Notes: a model not told the origin generated them from the sequence alone. 64,000 nt of DNA from Rhodothermales bacterium (GCA_965214485.1 CBDCBW010000015.1:246227-310226), one strand, 5' to 3'. Positions 10,096 through 20,235 are shown, counted from the stretch's first letter. Program-made: numbers and translations.

Positions 10096-11335
10096 CGGCC
10101 GCCTCCATCGTCTCGACGACGCCGTCGATCACGGCGCGAACGCTCTCGCGCCAGGCATCGCCGAGCGGGTGCGGCTTGTCGGCAGCGGCGAGGGCGTCGC
10201 GGTGCGGGGTGCTGACGAACACGGCGGGAGCTTCTTCGTCCGGGAGGAGCCCGGCGTACATCGCCTCCATGTCGGCCCAGTGCCCGGCCAGCCGCTCGGC
10301 GGCGTGGTAGGCCATGCTCCGGCCGTTCGCGCGGACTGGGTCGGCGAAGGCGTTGACGAGCGAGAGCGGCATCCGGTCGTGGCGGACGACGGCGAGGACA
10401 AGCTCGGGGCGGACCTGGGCGGCGAAGCTGTTCTGCTTCCCGCTCGGGAGCGCAGTCACGGCAGCGGTGAGGAAGGCGCGGACCGTGTCGCGCGCGGCTT
10501 GGCGGTCGCCGTCGAGGTTTTTGGCGAGGGCGTCGGCGTCGATCACGGCGTAGCGGTAGTAGCAGGCCGCGTTGAACCCGGTCGTCCCGATCATGCCCGC
10601 CCCGGCGTCGTCGGCCTCGGCCGTGCTCTTGAGGTCGTCGACGGCCGTGAAATAGTCGAACTGCGGGGCGACGCGGTCCACGGAGAGCGCGTGGGCGACC
10701 TGGCAGGCGGCTTCAAGGTTGAGCTGGGGCTCCTCGGCGAGCATCCGCCCAAAGAGCGCGATGTCGGACGCTGAGGTCTTCCCCTTGTGCTCTTTGACGA
10801 AGTCCTTCACGACGGGCGTGACGGCTTTGCCGAGCGCCTTCTCGGCGTCGCTCACCGCCTTCGTCTGCTCCTTCGACGGCTTCTCCCCTTCCTCGGTCGG
10901 GAGGGCATCCTGCGCGTCGTGCAGCGCGGTCACCTCAGCACCGAGGCCGGCGTCGGCGAGGCGGCGGGCGAGGTCTTTCAGTTCGCCGTGGGCGGCGTAG
11001 TAGAGCACGCTCGTCTGATCCTTCTCGTCGAGCCCGCTGGCGAGGAGCGAGGTGACGGCGGCCCCTGCAAGCGTCCGTGCGGTGCCTGCGTCTACGCTGT
11101 GATCCTCGGAGAGCACGCGGACGAGGTACGGCACGGCGCGGCGCGTGCGGATGCCCACGCGCTGGGATACGATCCGGCGGAACACGTCGGACGTGCGGAT
11201 GGCGCGCTTGAGGCTCTGCGACGAGAGCCGGGCGCGACGGTGCCCACCGAACTCGGCGTCTTTCGGCGCGCCGGTGTCGTCGCGGTTGAGGTTGGCGGGC
11301 GGGACGGACTGGAGGAGGTGGAGTTCGATCTTCAT
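10088..11335 (-). CDS. cas7: Cas7 (CasC/Cse4)
   Basis: IELHLLQ..P.ANLNRDDTGAPK, RARLSSQSLKRAIR, DIALFGRM, DYFTAVDD, PSGKQNSFA. Confidence 0.97.
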   Translation of the reverse strand: MKIELHLLQSVPPANLNRDDTGAPKDAEFGGHRRARLSSQSLKRAIRTSDVFRRIVSQRVGIRTRRAVPYLVRVLSEDHSVDAGTARTLAGAAVTSLLASGLDEKDQTSVLYYAAHGELKDLARRLADAGLGAEVTALHDAQDALPTEEGEKPSKEQTKAVSDAEKALGKAVTPVVKDFVKEHKGKTSASDIALFGRMLAEEPQLNLEAACQVAHALSVDRVAPQFDYFTAVDDLKSTAEADDAGAGMIGTTGFNAACYYRYAVIDADALAKNLDGDRQAARDTVRAFLTAAVTALPSGKQNSFAAQVRPELVLAVVRHDRMPLSLVNAFADPVRANGRSMAYHAAERLAGHWADMEAMYAGLLPDEEAPAVFVSTPHRDALAAADKPHPLGDAWRESVRAVIDGVVETMEAADA

Positions 11336-11339
11336 GGCG

Positions 11340-11981
11340 TCAGTCGGTATCGGGTGAGGAGTGGTTGGAATCCGATGCTTCGGTGTCGAGCGTCGAGGGC
11401 CAGTAGTCGCGCGCCCAGCGCTGCTGCACGAAGCGGTCAGGGTGGTCCCACGCGAGCAGGTCGCGGAGGAGTTGAAAGAAATCGAGTGGGGCCTCGTGTG
11501 AGCGGAGCAGGCGGAGGAAGCGGCGGAGTTCGTCGGGTGCGTCTTCGAGCGGAAGCGCGAGGAGGGCCTGGAAGCGCCGGGTGATGCCCTCGTTCTCGTC
11601 CACGGCGTCGCCCTGCCCGCTCACCCGGCGGCCGTTGACGAGCCGCGCCGACGCGCCGAGCGAGCGCCGTCCCTTCTTCATCCGGGCTGTCTCGGGCATC
11701 GCGGAGCCACCGGCAGCGTAGATACCGAAGAGCTCAGCGGTGAGGAGGTAGGCGTTGAGCGCGTCGCCGCGTGCGTCGTCGGGGACGTGCTGGCCGACGA
11801 TGCGGAGCGCGCCGTAGCGCCCGGCCGGGTTCGCGGCGGAGCGGCGGAGCTCGGCGAGCGCGGCGCGGGCGGTGCCGTCGTCAGGCGCTCGTTTGACGAG
11901 TCCGTGGAGGTGCCCGATGAAGGTCTTCACGGGATCACGCTCGTCAGTCGGTTCTGGAGATGCGGTTGCGGATTCAGGCAT
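11340..11981 (-). CDS. cse2: Cas11 (CasB/Cse2)
   Basis: ALAELRRS, RRFQALL, LDFFQLLRDLLAW...VQQRWARDYW; ATG at 11981 overlaps the cas8e stop. Confidence 0.92.
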   Translation of the reverse strand: MPESATASPEPTDERDPVKTFIGHLHGLVKRAPDDGTARAALAELRRSAANPAGRYGALRIVGQHVPDDARGDALNAYLLTAELFGIYAAGGSAMPETARMKKGRRSLGASARLVNGRRVSGQGDAVDENEGITRRFQALLALPLEDAPDELRRFLRLLRSHEAPLDFFQLLRDLLAWDHPDRFVQQRWARDYWPSTLDTEASDSNHSSPDTD

Positions 11982-13617
11982 CGGCGGGTTCGGATTCGCG
12001 GAGGAGGTCAACGTAGGCTTTGGCAGGTCGGAGGGCGTTGCGGCCTCGGGCGACGGCTTCGAGCCGTCGGGGCGAGGTGACGAAGTCGCGCGTGGCCTCG
12101 TCGTAGGCCTGCATTGCGGCGCGGTGGAGCGTCCGGGTCCAGCGGGCGAGGTGAACGCGGAGCGCGTCTGTTGTGTCGTCCGATAGCTTTTCGGTCTGCA
12201 CTTCTCCGGGATTGGGAATCGCAGCGAGGTCACCTAGCCACTCCTCGAAGCCCGGCTCGTGCTGGCCGCCGAAGAGGAAGCCGGTCTCGAGCCACGTCCA
12301 GAACCGCTCTTCGGCTTGCAGCCCCTCCGCCCTCGTGCGGACGTCCTCGGGTTTGCCCGGCGCGAGCGTCGCGGCGAAGGTGCGGAGCGCCCGCCGCAAC
12401 GACTGCATCTGCCGGTCGGCGCGCTGCACGGCTTCGTCCACGGCCTCCTGCAGCGGTTGCAGCCGGAGCACGGCCGGGAAGAGCGGCGTCCGCTCGTGGC
12501 GGATCAGTTCCATCTTCGCCTTGCTGTTGGCGAGGCCGAACACGTCCACGGTCTCGGCGCGGCCTTCTACCTCGCCGCCGAACGCGCGCCACGCGGCGAG
12601 CGCCGCGAACGTGCGCGGTGGGTAGCCGACGTTTTTGCTTTCGAGCTTCAGCCCGAGCCAGACCGGAGCGCGCCGCCAGAGCGCGACGCCGGGTTGCAGC
12701 TTGAACGGGTAGACCTCTTCCTTTTTGGAGATGCGGTACGCCATGAGCGGATCGCGCGCCGCCGACACCCACTTCGGGCCGCTCCGCAGGTGGACGTCCG
12801 TCACCACGACTTCGCCGTCTTGCTCCTCGGCGACGAGCCGGACGTGACGCGACTGCCAGGTGAGGTAGTCGAGATACCCCAACTCGGGCCGGTCGTCGTC
12901 GCCGGGGAGCGGACGTTCCCACGCGGGCGCGTCGCCCTCGGGCGAGTCGAGGCGCGCGAACGATGCGGCCGGGGTATTGAGCAGAAGTGCCTCGAACAGG
13001 TTCTCGCCCCGAATCCAGAACACGAGGCCGGAGACGAGCGGGCCTTCCTGATAGCTCGGGCGACCGGGGCCAGCGAGTCCGCCGAGGCTGTAGACGTGTG
13101 CCGCGAGGAGGGCGCGGGCCGCTTCGGCCGGCGTGAGCGGACCGTTCGCGGTGTCGCGCGTGTGGTCGAAGAGGGTTTCGTTGTTGCCCTTCGCCCGCGT
13201 TGGGGTCAGCCACGAGAGCGGGCCGGTGTTGGGCGTCGCGGGGTCGGGATGGCCGTAGAACGGGCGCTCGGGGTGGAAGAGATCGAAGCGCGGCGGGTCG
13301 GCGGCCTCGCTCTGCCAGCGGTCGAAGTAGGCGTTGACGTGCCCGGCGTCGAACTGCTCGGCGTCCCACAGTTTTTGCCACGCCGTGCGGGTCCAGCCTT
13401 CGTCGTCGTCGGCGTCCTCGGGGTGGACGTGGAGCCGGACGAAGAGGGCTTGCAGGAGGCGGTAGATCGCCACGGTTTCGAGCGGGCTCGGCGCGGCGAC
13501 CTCGGCGATCCGGTGCGCCCCGGCGAGCGCATCGCGCAGCCCGACGGCGGATTCGCCGCTCTCGCCCTCGGTCCAGCGGACGGGAATCCACGGTTCAGTC
13601 GTGAGGTCGTAGGTCAT
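11974..13617 (-). CDS. cas8e: Cas8e (CasA/Cse1)
   Basis: MTYDLTTEPWIPVR, RFDLFHPERPFY, NNETLFDH, GENLFEALLLN, YLTWQSR, DPLMAY. Confidence 0.95.
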   Translation of the reverse strand: MTYDLTTEPWIPVRWTEGESGESAVGLRDALAGAHRIAEVAAPSPLETVAIYRLLQALFVRLHVHPEDADDDEGWTRTAWQKLWDAEQFDAGHVNAYFDRWQSEAADPPRFDLFHPERPFYGHPDPATPNTGPLSWLTPTRAKGNNETLFDHTRDTANGPLTPAEAARALLAAHVYSLGGLAGPGRPSYQEGPLVSGLVFWIRGENLFEALLLNTPAASFARLDSPEGDAPAWERPLPGDDDRPELGYLDYLTWQSRHVRLVAEEQDGEVVVTDVHLRSGPKWVSAARDPLMAYRISKKEEVYPFKLQPGVALWRRAPVWLGLKLESKNVGYPPRTFAALAAWRAFGGEVEGRAETVDVFGLANSKAKMELIRHERTPLFPAVLRLQPLQEAVDEAVQRADRQMQSLRRALRTFAATLAPGKPEDVRTRAEGLQAEERFWTWLETGFLFGGQHEPGFEEWLGDLAAIPNPGEVQTEKLSDDTTDALRVHLARWTRTLHRAAMQAYDEATRDFVTSPRRLEAVARGRNALRPAKAYVDLLRESEPADA

Positions 13618-16523
13618 CGGTCGAAAAGTCGGTCGGGGTCGTAGACGAGGCCGAGGTCGGGGTCGAGCACGAGGGTGGTGCCGCCGAGCGTGCAGCGGGG
13701 AGGCCCGGCATCGCCGTGCTCGAAAACGACGGCGTGATGATACGCGAGCGCGGAGACTCGCTCGGTTGCTTTCGACCACCACGTAGCCGTCCCTGCATCT
13801 GCCCCGGCAGTCCCGTCGGCACGGAGCGCCCGGACGACGCTCGCGCGGCTGAGCCGGACGCCGCGCCGGAGCAGATTCCGCACGTCCTCGATGGGCAGAG
13901 CGGAGTCGGGAGCCGGAGCGTCGGGCAGCGGCGCGGTGCCGTCGAGCGTCACACGTCCGTCTCGCTTCACGAGACAGACGATTTCGACGGAGTCGCGGCC
14001 GAGCCGGGTGACGGGCCGGAAGTCACGGGCGGGCGCGTCGTCGTGCTCGTCGTAGGCGGAGCGGTCAGCGGTTTCGGCGAAGCTGACGAGTTCGCAGAGG
14101 TCTTCCGGCGCGTCGATACGAGCGTCGCGGGCGTGGGTGGTCTGATTCTTCGTCAGCGTGTCGCGGTCGTTCACGGCTCCGGTCCAGCGAGCGCGGTCGG
14201 ACTCGGAGAGGTCGGGCGGCGGGCTGTCGGTGCCGGGTCCGTAGACGGCTTCGATGAGCGGCCGATAATCGCGCGGGAGGTGCCACGCGCGGCGTTTGCG
14301 GAGGAGCCGGACCGTCTTGAAGAGCGGGAGGCTGAGGTAGACGGCGCGAAGGTCGTCTTTCAGCTTGCCTTCTTCGCGCTGCCCGCCAATCGGGGCGAGG
14401 TCCGGGAGGTCGTCCGCGTCGGGGTTCGGGCAGAGGACGACGAGGCGCGGGCGCTCGAAACCGGCGGGGCGCTCCAGCTCGTGGCGGTGCATCCGCCCGG
14501 CGCGCTGGAGCAGGAGGTCTACGGGGGCGAGGTCGGTCAGCAACACGTCCACATCGAGATCGAGGCTCTGCTCGGCCACCTGTGTGGCGACGAGCACGGC
14601 CGGGCGCTCGCCGAACTCCTCGCGCCGTCGCTTCCCGAACCGCCCCGGCGTCTCGCCCTCGCCCACGACGCGGTGCTCGCGGGCCTGCCGCTCGGCGAAC
14701 GGGAAGCGAGCGTGGAGGAGCACGAGGTCGGCATCGAGTCCGGCCTCGTCCAGGAGGGAAAAGACGCGCTGTGCCCGGTCCACGAGGTTGACGATCACCC
14801 CGACCGTCGCTCCCCGCTTCACGAAGCCGACGATCTGCTCCACGACGCCGTGCTCGTCGCTGTCGGCGAAGTCGATCTCCGTCTCTCCCGTCCGCTCGGT
14901 GCGTTCGGCCTGCACCGTGTCGAACGGGCCGAGGACACGGGCGCTCGCCTCGGCCCCGGCGACGGTCACGGCGGGATAGACTCCGGCCTCGTCCTCCGGC
15001 GGCTTCGCGCCCCACGCTTTCAGAAGCCGGCGGCGCATCACAGCGGGCAGCGTCGCCGAGAGCACGACGACGTCGCAGTCGAGTGCGCGGAGCCACCGGA
15101 GGAGCCGCTCGAAGAGCGCGGTCATGTACGTGTCGTAGGCGTGGACCTCGTCGAAGACGACGACTTTCCCGGCGAGACCGTAGAGCCGGAGGAAGAAGTG
15201 CCGCGAGACGAGCGCGCCGAGGAGCGCCTGATCGACGGTGCCGACGCCGTAAGGCGCGAGCAGGCCGCGCTTGCTCGGCAGAAACCAGCGGGCGGCGTAG
15301 ACCACAGAGCCGTCGGCCTCGTCGCGGTCCTGCGGTTCGAGGAGCCGGTCGAGGTCGGCGTTGAGCCCGCTCGCGCCGTGGACGAGTTGGACGTTCGCCG
15401 CGCTGTCTGTCGCCATGTCGAGAAAGCGGAGAAAGCGGGGGAAGAGACCGTTCGACGTGGCCTGCGTCGGGAGGGCGACGTAGACGCCGCGCCCTCCGTC
15501 GGCGCGCCGGGTTTGGAGGCGGGCGGCAAGGTGGAACGCCGCTTCGCTCTTCCCCTCGCCCGTCGGAGCCTCGACGATCACGAGCGCCGGGCCGTCCGGC
15601 ACCTCGAGGTCGGCCGTCGTCCGTTGCAGCGCACGTGGCGCGGCGGTCGGGTTGTCGTCGAAAACTTCGGGGAAGCAGGTGCGGAAGCCGTCTTCGCCGT
15701 CTTCCGCGTGGAGGGCACCCCGGTCGCCGAGCTTTGTTTTAGCGAGCGCACGCTGGGCGGCCTTCCGGCTCGCGGGGAGGTACGCCGCGAGGTCGTCGTA
15801 GTTCGCTGCGTTCGCGGGCATCAACTCGGCCATCGAGCCGACCCAGTCAGCGAGCGTGGTCCAGCCCGCCACGGCGAGGAGGTCGGGCGGAAAGGCATAC
15901 GGCCCGACGCGGGCCTCCGGCGTGCCGCCGAGCGCGGGCCAGCCGCCGTGCGCCCGCATCCACGCCTCGGCCACGGCCGCGACGAGCGCCTGCTGCTCGC
16001 GCTTCCAGTCCGCATCGCCGAGCGCGGTCTCGGAGGTCCACTCCGTCACCGCGTCGAGCCGCCCGTGGTGGAAGCCGACGAACGCCGCGAGCGAGCGGAG
16101 CAGCGAGCGGGTCGGGCTGTCGGGGAGCACATCCACCCATCCCAGCAGGATCGGGATCGAGGCGTGCCCGTGGTGCCTTAACTCGTCGGCCCGCCCGAAC
16201 GAAAGGCCCGCCGCTTCCAGCATCGACCGGCTCGGGTCGTGCTGGCTCTGGAACGACGGGATCGCCTTGCCCGCGTCGTGGAGGCCGACGACAAGCGCGA
16301 AGAGCGCGCCGGCCTGCTCTTCCGTTTCTTCTGTAAAACCAAACTGCCGCGCGAGGCGCGCCCGGACCGGCGCGGGCAGTCGCTCGAAAAGGAGCTCAGC
16401 TACGCACGCCACGTCGAGAAGATGCGCCCACAGCGGGTGCGTCCACGCATCGCCGCGACCGAGATCGCCGTAGCGGTCAGTTTTCGCCCAGAAGCGTCGC
16501 CACGTAGGTTCGGGAGAGGTCAT
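13614..16523 (-). CDS. cas3: Cas3 HD nuclease-helicase
   Basis: WAKT, HLLDVA, LHDAGK, FHHG, ADWVGS, APTGEGKS, DEVH, LSATL, QRAGRMHRH; ATG 16523 preferred over 16562. Confidence 0.97.
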   Translation of the reverse strand: MTSPEPTWRRFWAKTDRYGDLGRGDAWTHPLWAHLLDVACVAELLFERLPAPVRARLARQFGFTEETEEQAGALFALVVGLHDAGKAIPSFQSQHDPSRSMLEAAGLSFGRADELRHHGHASIPILLGWVDVLPDSPTRSLLRSLAAFVGFHHGRLDAVTEWTSETALGDADWKREQQALVAAVAEAWMRAHGGWPALGGTPEARVGPYAFPPDLLAVAGWTTLADWVGSMAELMPANAANYDDLAAYLPASRKAAQRALAKTKLGDRGALHAEDGEDGFRTCFPEVFDDNPTAAPRALQRTTADLEVPDGPALVIVEAPTGEGKSEAAFHLAARLQTRRADGGRGVYVALPTQATSNGLFPRFLRFLDMATDSAANVQLVHGASGLNADLDRLLEPQDRDEADGSVVYAARWFLPSKRGLLAPYGVGTVDQALLGALVSRHFFLRLYGLAGKVVVFDEVHAYDTYMTALFERLLRWLRALDCDVVVLSATLPAVMRRRLLKAWGAKPPEDEAGVYPAVTVAGAEASARVLGPFDTVQAERTERTGETEIDFADSDEHGVVEQIVGFVKRGATVGVIVNLVDRAQRVFSLLDEAGLDADLVLLHARFPFAERQAREHRVVGEGETPGRFGKRRREEFGERPAVLVATQVAEQSLDLDVDVLLTDLAPVDLLLQRAGRMHRHELERPAGFERPRLVVLCPNPDADDLPDLAPIGGQREEGKLKDDLRAVYLSLPLFKTVRLLRKRRAWHLPRDYRPLIEAVYGPGTDSPPPDLSESDRARWTGAVNDRDTLTKNQTTHARDARIDAPEDLCELVSFAETADRSAYDEHDDAPARDFRPVTRLGRDSVEIVCLVKRDGRVTLDGTAPLPDAPAPDSALPIEDVRNLLRRGVRLSRASVVRALRADGTAGADAGTATWWSKATERVSALAYHHAVVFEHGDAGPPRCTLGGTTLVLDPDLGLVYDPDRLFDR

Positions 16524-16554
16524 GCCGCTAGGATAGAGAGAGGCACCGTCGAAC

Positions 16555-16573
16555 CGGGACATTCGGCGTCCAG
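16555..16573. promoter_or_regulatory. Quasi-palindromic operator-like motif upstream of cas3
   Basis: CGGGACATTCGGCGTCCAG, 18/19 identical to the reverse complement of 8695-8713. Confidence 0.6.
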
Positions 16574-16631
16574 TTCGAAAAGCCAGCGACAGCGAGAGAG
16601 ATCGCCTCCACTCGCTGCCGCTGAGTCCTCA

Positions 16632-17024
16632 TTAGCAATCACGCCATTGAAGCGCGCATCGGATGCACAGCCCTAACTTTCCTCCAAGAGGAACGAGGGC
16701 CTTGTTTCCGCAAGAGCACACCAACCCATTCTCCTGCACTCGAAGCTGTCGCTTCGGTGTTGGTTTGCTCGGAGGGTGTGGCTCAGGTATCTTAAAGCCA
16801 ATCCGTTTCATCTGATGTAGAGTTGGGTGAAACAAGTGAACGAGCGCCTCGGGCGGGCTACCAACCATCCTCGAGGCGCTCGTCCTATATAACATCAGCA
16901 GATCGAATTTGTCAAGCGTGTTTCCACGATCATGCCTTTCATCCCCGCATAAGCGAGGAAACGGCTTGTCTTCGCGACCATGCCGGTTCACCTCCAACGA
17001 GTTGGAGACGAAGCAAGATACCAC
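16632..17024 (-). CDS. Hypothetical protein with possible C-terminal Zn ribbon
   Basis: Lower-GC ORF; GGAGG near the GTG start; CSC...CIRC. Confidence 0.3.
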   Translation of the reverse strand: MVSCFVSNSLEVNRHGREDKPFPRLCGDERHDRGNTLDKFDLLMLYRTSASRMVGSPPEALVHLFHPTLHQMKRIGFKIPEPHPPSKPTPKRQLRVQENGLVCSCGNKALVPLGGKLGLCIRCALQWRDC

Positions 17025-17082
17025 TCCTCCGTCCTACCTCCAATCGTAATAGAGTGTCGGGCGAAGCGAAGGACGGTGCAGC

Positions 17083-17469
17083 TCAGGTAGCTCCCCCCTC
17101 TACTACTTCCCACACCGTCGCGACGAACCGCTCGGCGTCGGCGAGGAGGTTGGCGGCGGCGTTCATGTCTGTTGTGGCGAGGGCGTCGTAGTCGGCGCGC
17201 TCGCGGACCTGGGCGGCGTGAGGGAGGGTCCGGGCGATGTCCTCGGGAACGCGGCCCGTGGCGACGAACAGGAGCGCGAAGCGGTTGTGCACGCCGCTGT
17301 GCGTCTTGGGCTGCTCGCCTTCCCCGGCGAGGGCGGCTCGGGCCAGGTTGAAGCAGGCGTAGTAGGCTCGGTTGGTAGCAAGCTCCGCGTCGCCGCTATC
17401 GAGTACGCGGCGGGCGGACTCCAGCGCGCGCTCCCCCTTCGCGACGAGGGCCGTTTGGAGCTCGGTCAT
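17083..17469 (-). CDS. HEPN domain protein (UPF0332-like)
   Basis: ATNRAYYACF, KTHSGV, RERADY. Confidence 0.9.
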   Translation of the reverse strand: MTELQTALVAKGERALESARRVLDSGDAELATNRAYYACFNLARAALAGEGEQPKTHSGVHNRFALLFVATGRVPEDIARTLPHAAQVRERADYDALATTDMNAAANLLADAERFVATVWEVVEGGAT

Positions 17470-17810
17470 AGCACGACGCCGTCGTCGGCGACGCTGTACA
17501 TGAGGGGGCGGTCGAGGTCGGCGGCCTCGGCGACGCTGTACGGCTGCATCGAGACGTCGACCCCGTGCCGGATGGAGAGACCGAGCCGGAGCGTACTGAT
17601 CCTCTTGCCCTCGGTGTACGGTTCGACCTCGCCGCGGAGGACGACGAGGAGGTCCACGTCGGAGTCGGGCCGGGCGTCGCCGCGGGCGTGGGAGCCGTAG
17701 AGCACGACGCGGTCGAGGCGGTCGCCGTACATCTCCGTGAGCCGCGCCTTCGCTTCGGCGAGGGCGGCGCGGACGTTCTCCGGCATCGTCTCGGGGAGCG
17801 TCAGGGTCAT
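17466..17810 (-). CDS. Minimal nucleotidyltransferase (MNT)
   Basis: LYGSHARGDARPDSDVDLLVV. Confidence 0.92.
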   Translation of the reverse strand: MTLTLPETMPENVRAALAEAKARLTEMYGDRLDRVVLYGSHARGDARPDSDVDLLVVLRGEVEPYTEGKRISTLRLGLSIRHGVDVSMQPYSVAEAADLDRPLMYSVADDGVVL

Positions 17811-18208
17811 AGCGGGAGCGCGGGCGGTCTCTCTTCTTCGACTAGTCTACGGACGGCGATTACGAAGTGCTTTACATCGGCCAGAATCTCGGCCGCCACG
17901 TCGGAGTCTAGCTCGGCGAAGGTGTCGTAGTCAGCCTGCTCTCGGGCGTCGAGGGCGACCTTGAGGGCCGTGGCGACCGTGGTGTCGAGGACACCCAGTT
18001 TTACGAAGTGGAAGTAGAAGCGGTGGAGCGTACCGCTGTGCGTCTTCGGGGATTCACCCCGACCGAGAAGCGCCGCCGAAGCGGCGTAGTAGGCTCCGTA
18101 GTAGACCCGGTTGACGGCCGAGAGGGGGTCGCCGGCATCCAGCAGGAGGCGAGCGGCTCGGAGAACGCGCTCAGCCCGAGCGAAGAGCGCCGCCTGCTCC
18201 GCAGTCAT
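17807..18208 (-). CDS. HEPN domain protein (UPF0332-like)
   Basis: AVNRVYYGAY, KTHSG, REQADY. Confidence 0.9.
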   Translation of the reverse strand: MTAEQAALFARAERVLRAARLLLDAGDPLSAVNRVYYGAYYAASAALLGRGESPKTHSGTLHRFYFHFVKLGVLDTTVATALKVALDAREQADYDTFAELDSDVAAEILADVKHFVIAVRRLVEEERPPALPL

Positions 18209-18561
18209 AGCACGACGCCCTCGGCGCGGACGGTGTTGGTGAACGTGCGCGTGCGGTCGTCGTAGCCTCGCCTTGCGAGCGGGTGGACCGAGACAAGCGC
18301 CCCGTAGCGGCCGAGCAGGTCCAGCGAGAACGGGGCCAGGTGACGAATCTCGGCCAGCGCGTTGACCTCGCCCCGGAGGACGACGAGGAGGTCTACGTCG
18401 GAGTCGTCGCGGGCGTCGCCGCGGGCGTGGGAGCCGTAGAGCACGAGCCGGTCGAGGCGCTCGCCGTAGAGCTCGGTGAGCCGCACTTTCGCCTCGGCGA
18501 GGGCGGCGCGGACGTGAGGCGGCATCGTCGCGGGGAGCGTGTCGGGGAGCGCAGTCGGCAT
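18205..18561 (-). CDS. Minimal nucleotidyltransferase (MNT)
   Basis: LYGSHARGDARDDSDVDLLVV. Confidence 0.92.
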   Translation of the reverse strand: MPTALPDTLPATMPPHVRAALAEAKVRLTELYGERLDRLVLYGSHARGDARDDSDVDLLVVLRGEVNALAEIRHLAPFSLDLLGRYGALVSVHPLARRGYDDRTRTFTNTVRAEGVVL

Positions 18562-18570
18562 AGCGTCAAC

Positions 18571-19602
18571 TTACGGCAGGTTCTGATACGCCTGGACGGC
18601 CTCGGCAGCGTCGGCGGCGAGGCGGTCGGCTAGCTCGGGCGGGCTGAGGGCGAGAACGGCCGGGCCCCAGCTCGCCACGAAGGCACGGACCTCGTCGAGC
18701 GCGTCGCCGCCGGGGGCGCGGTACGTCACATCAAGCCCACCGTCGGCCCGCTCTTCGATGGCCTGGCTCGGGTGGTAGCGGTGGGAGCGGAAGTGGACGG
18801 CGCAGCGGGGATGCACCCGCAGGCGGACCTCGACGGGCGGACCGCCCTCAAAGACGCCGAAGCGCCCGGCGAAGTACGTCCGTGCGTCGAAGCCCTCGGG
18901 CGGCGCGAAGTACCGCTCGACGGGCCGGACGTTCGAGATGCGGGCGAAGCTGAAGTCGCGGACGGCGCGGCGGGTGTGGCAGTAGGCGATGAGGTACCAC
19001 CGGTTGCGGACGGGGGCGACGACGAGAGGGTCCACCTCGCGCCCGAACGAGCGCTTGCCGCGCTTGTTGACGTAGTCCATCCGGATGCGCCGGCGCTCGC
19101 GCTTGGCGCGGTTGAGCGGGGTGAAGACGGCGGGGTCGGGCGGGGCGGTGCGGAGCGCGCCGAAGTGCCAGTGGGCGGCCTCAGCCTGGGGGTCGAAGGT
19201 GAAGAGCTCGTCGGCGGCGTCGAGGTCGGCGGTGGCGGCGAGGAGGGCCCCGAAGCCGCGCCGGAGCGGGGCCTCGAGCGGCGTCCCGGCGAGCGCAGCC
19301 GCGGCGGCCTCGGCGGCGACGGTGAGGGCGAGGAGGGCCTCTTCATCGAGCCCGTCGAGGACGAGCCCACGGCGCTGGTGTTCGGCCGGCAGGAAGAACC
19401 GCTTGGCCCGGGGGTTGGCCGGGTCGGGTTCGTCGGCCACGGGGAGGCCCGCCGCCCGGAGCCTCTGGACGAGCCGGCGCGCGTGGCGCGGGTCGCAGCC
19501 GAGGCGCTCGGCCATGGCGCGGCGGGTAAGGCGCTCGTCGCGGTCGAAGAGGCTGCGGAGGCGGCGGGCCGTGGGGGGCAAGAGGTCGGCGTCGGGGTCC
19601 AT
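18571..19602 (-). CDS. WYL-domain transcriptional regulator (wHTH-WYL-WCX, YafY-like)
   Basis: N-terminal HTH; REVDP...RWYLIAYCHTR..VRDF..ARI; C-terminal SWGPAVLALSPPEL. Confidence 0.93.
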   Translation of the reverse strand: MDPDADLLPPTARRLRSLFDRDERLTRRAMAERLGCDPRHARRLVQRLRAAGLPVADEPDPANPRAKRFFLPAEHQRRGLVLDGLDEEALLALTVAAEAAAAALAGTPLEAPLRRGFGALLAATADLDAADELFTFDPQAEAAHWHFGALRTAPPDPAVFTPLNRAKRERRRIRMDYVNKRGKRSFGREVDPLVVAPVRNRWYLIAYCHTRRAVRDFSFARISNVRPVERYFAPPEGFDARTYFAGRFGVFEGGPPVEVRLRVHPRCAVHFRSHRYHPSQAIEERADGGLDVTYRAPGGDALDEVRAFVASWGPAVLALSPPELADRLAADAAEAVQAYQNLP

Positions 19603-19929
19603 GGCGATGCGTGGGGCGAGGAGAACTGTGAAGGCGCGTGCAGGCGTTCGTGAAGGCGCATGCGGGTGTGCGGCGGCTCGCTCAGCGGGCGCACGACCGG
19701 GCCGCGTCGGGTGAGGAGGACCGCTTCCGCTGCTCGGAGCGGAGCGAGGGCACCGGAAGCGAGGGGTCGCCTACGAGCCTGTGACCGTGGCGAACTAATC
19801 GCTTTCGCTGCTCTGTCATTCCCGGTCTCTGTCATTCCTGGTCAGGGTGGACTCTAACTCAGGGAACGGGTAGCACAGCAACCTTACAGCCCAAACCTTA
19901 CAGCCCAGAGGTGCACAGTGGCAAGGCGG

Positions 19930-20235
19930 TCACGGGTCCGGCTCGGCGTCCGGCAGTGGGGGGCGGCGGGCGAGCCACACGCCGTCGAACTCCTCGACGT
20001 AGCGCCCGCGCGGGTTGGCCGCCCGCACGTCGAACCCCTGCGCGGTGTTCGTCTGCCACAGGAGCAGGGCCGACGCCCCATCGGCGACCGCCTGCTCGGC
20101 GATGCGCTCCCAGAGCTGATCCCGGACGAGCCGGCTGAGCCGCCCGACGAAGACGCCCGCGGCGACCTCCATCATCCACCGGCTGAGGTCGCCGCGCAGG
20201 CCGGGGGCAGTGCGTTCGAGGACGAGAACGGTCAT
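19930..20235 (-). CDS. cas2: Cas2 (type I-E)
   Basis: MTVLVLE..PGLRGDLSRWMMEVAAGVFVG...VRDQLW...QGF...FDGVWL. Confidence 0.95.
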   Translation of the reverse strand: MTVLVLERTAPGLRGDLSRWMMEVAAGVFVGRLSRLVRDQLWERIAEQAVADGASALLLWQTNTAQGFDVRAANPRGRYVEEFDGVWLARRPPLPDAEPDP

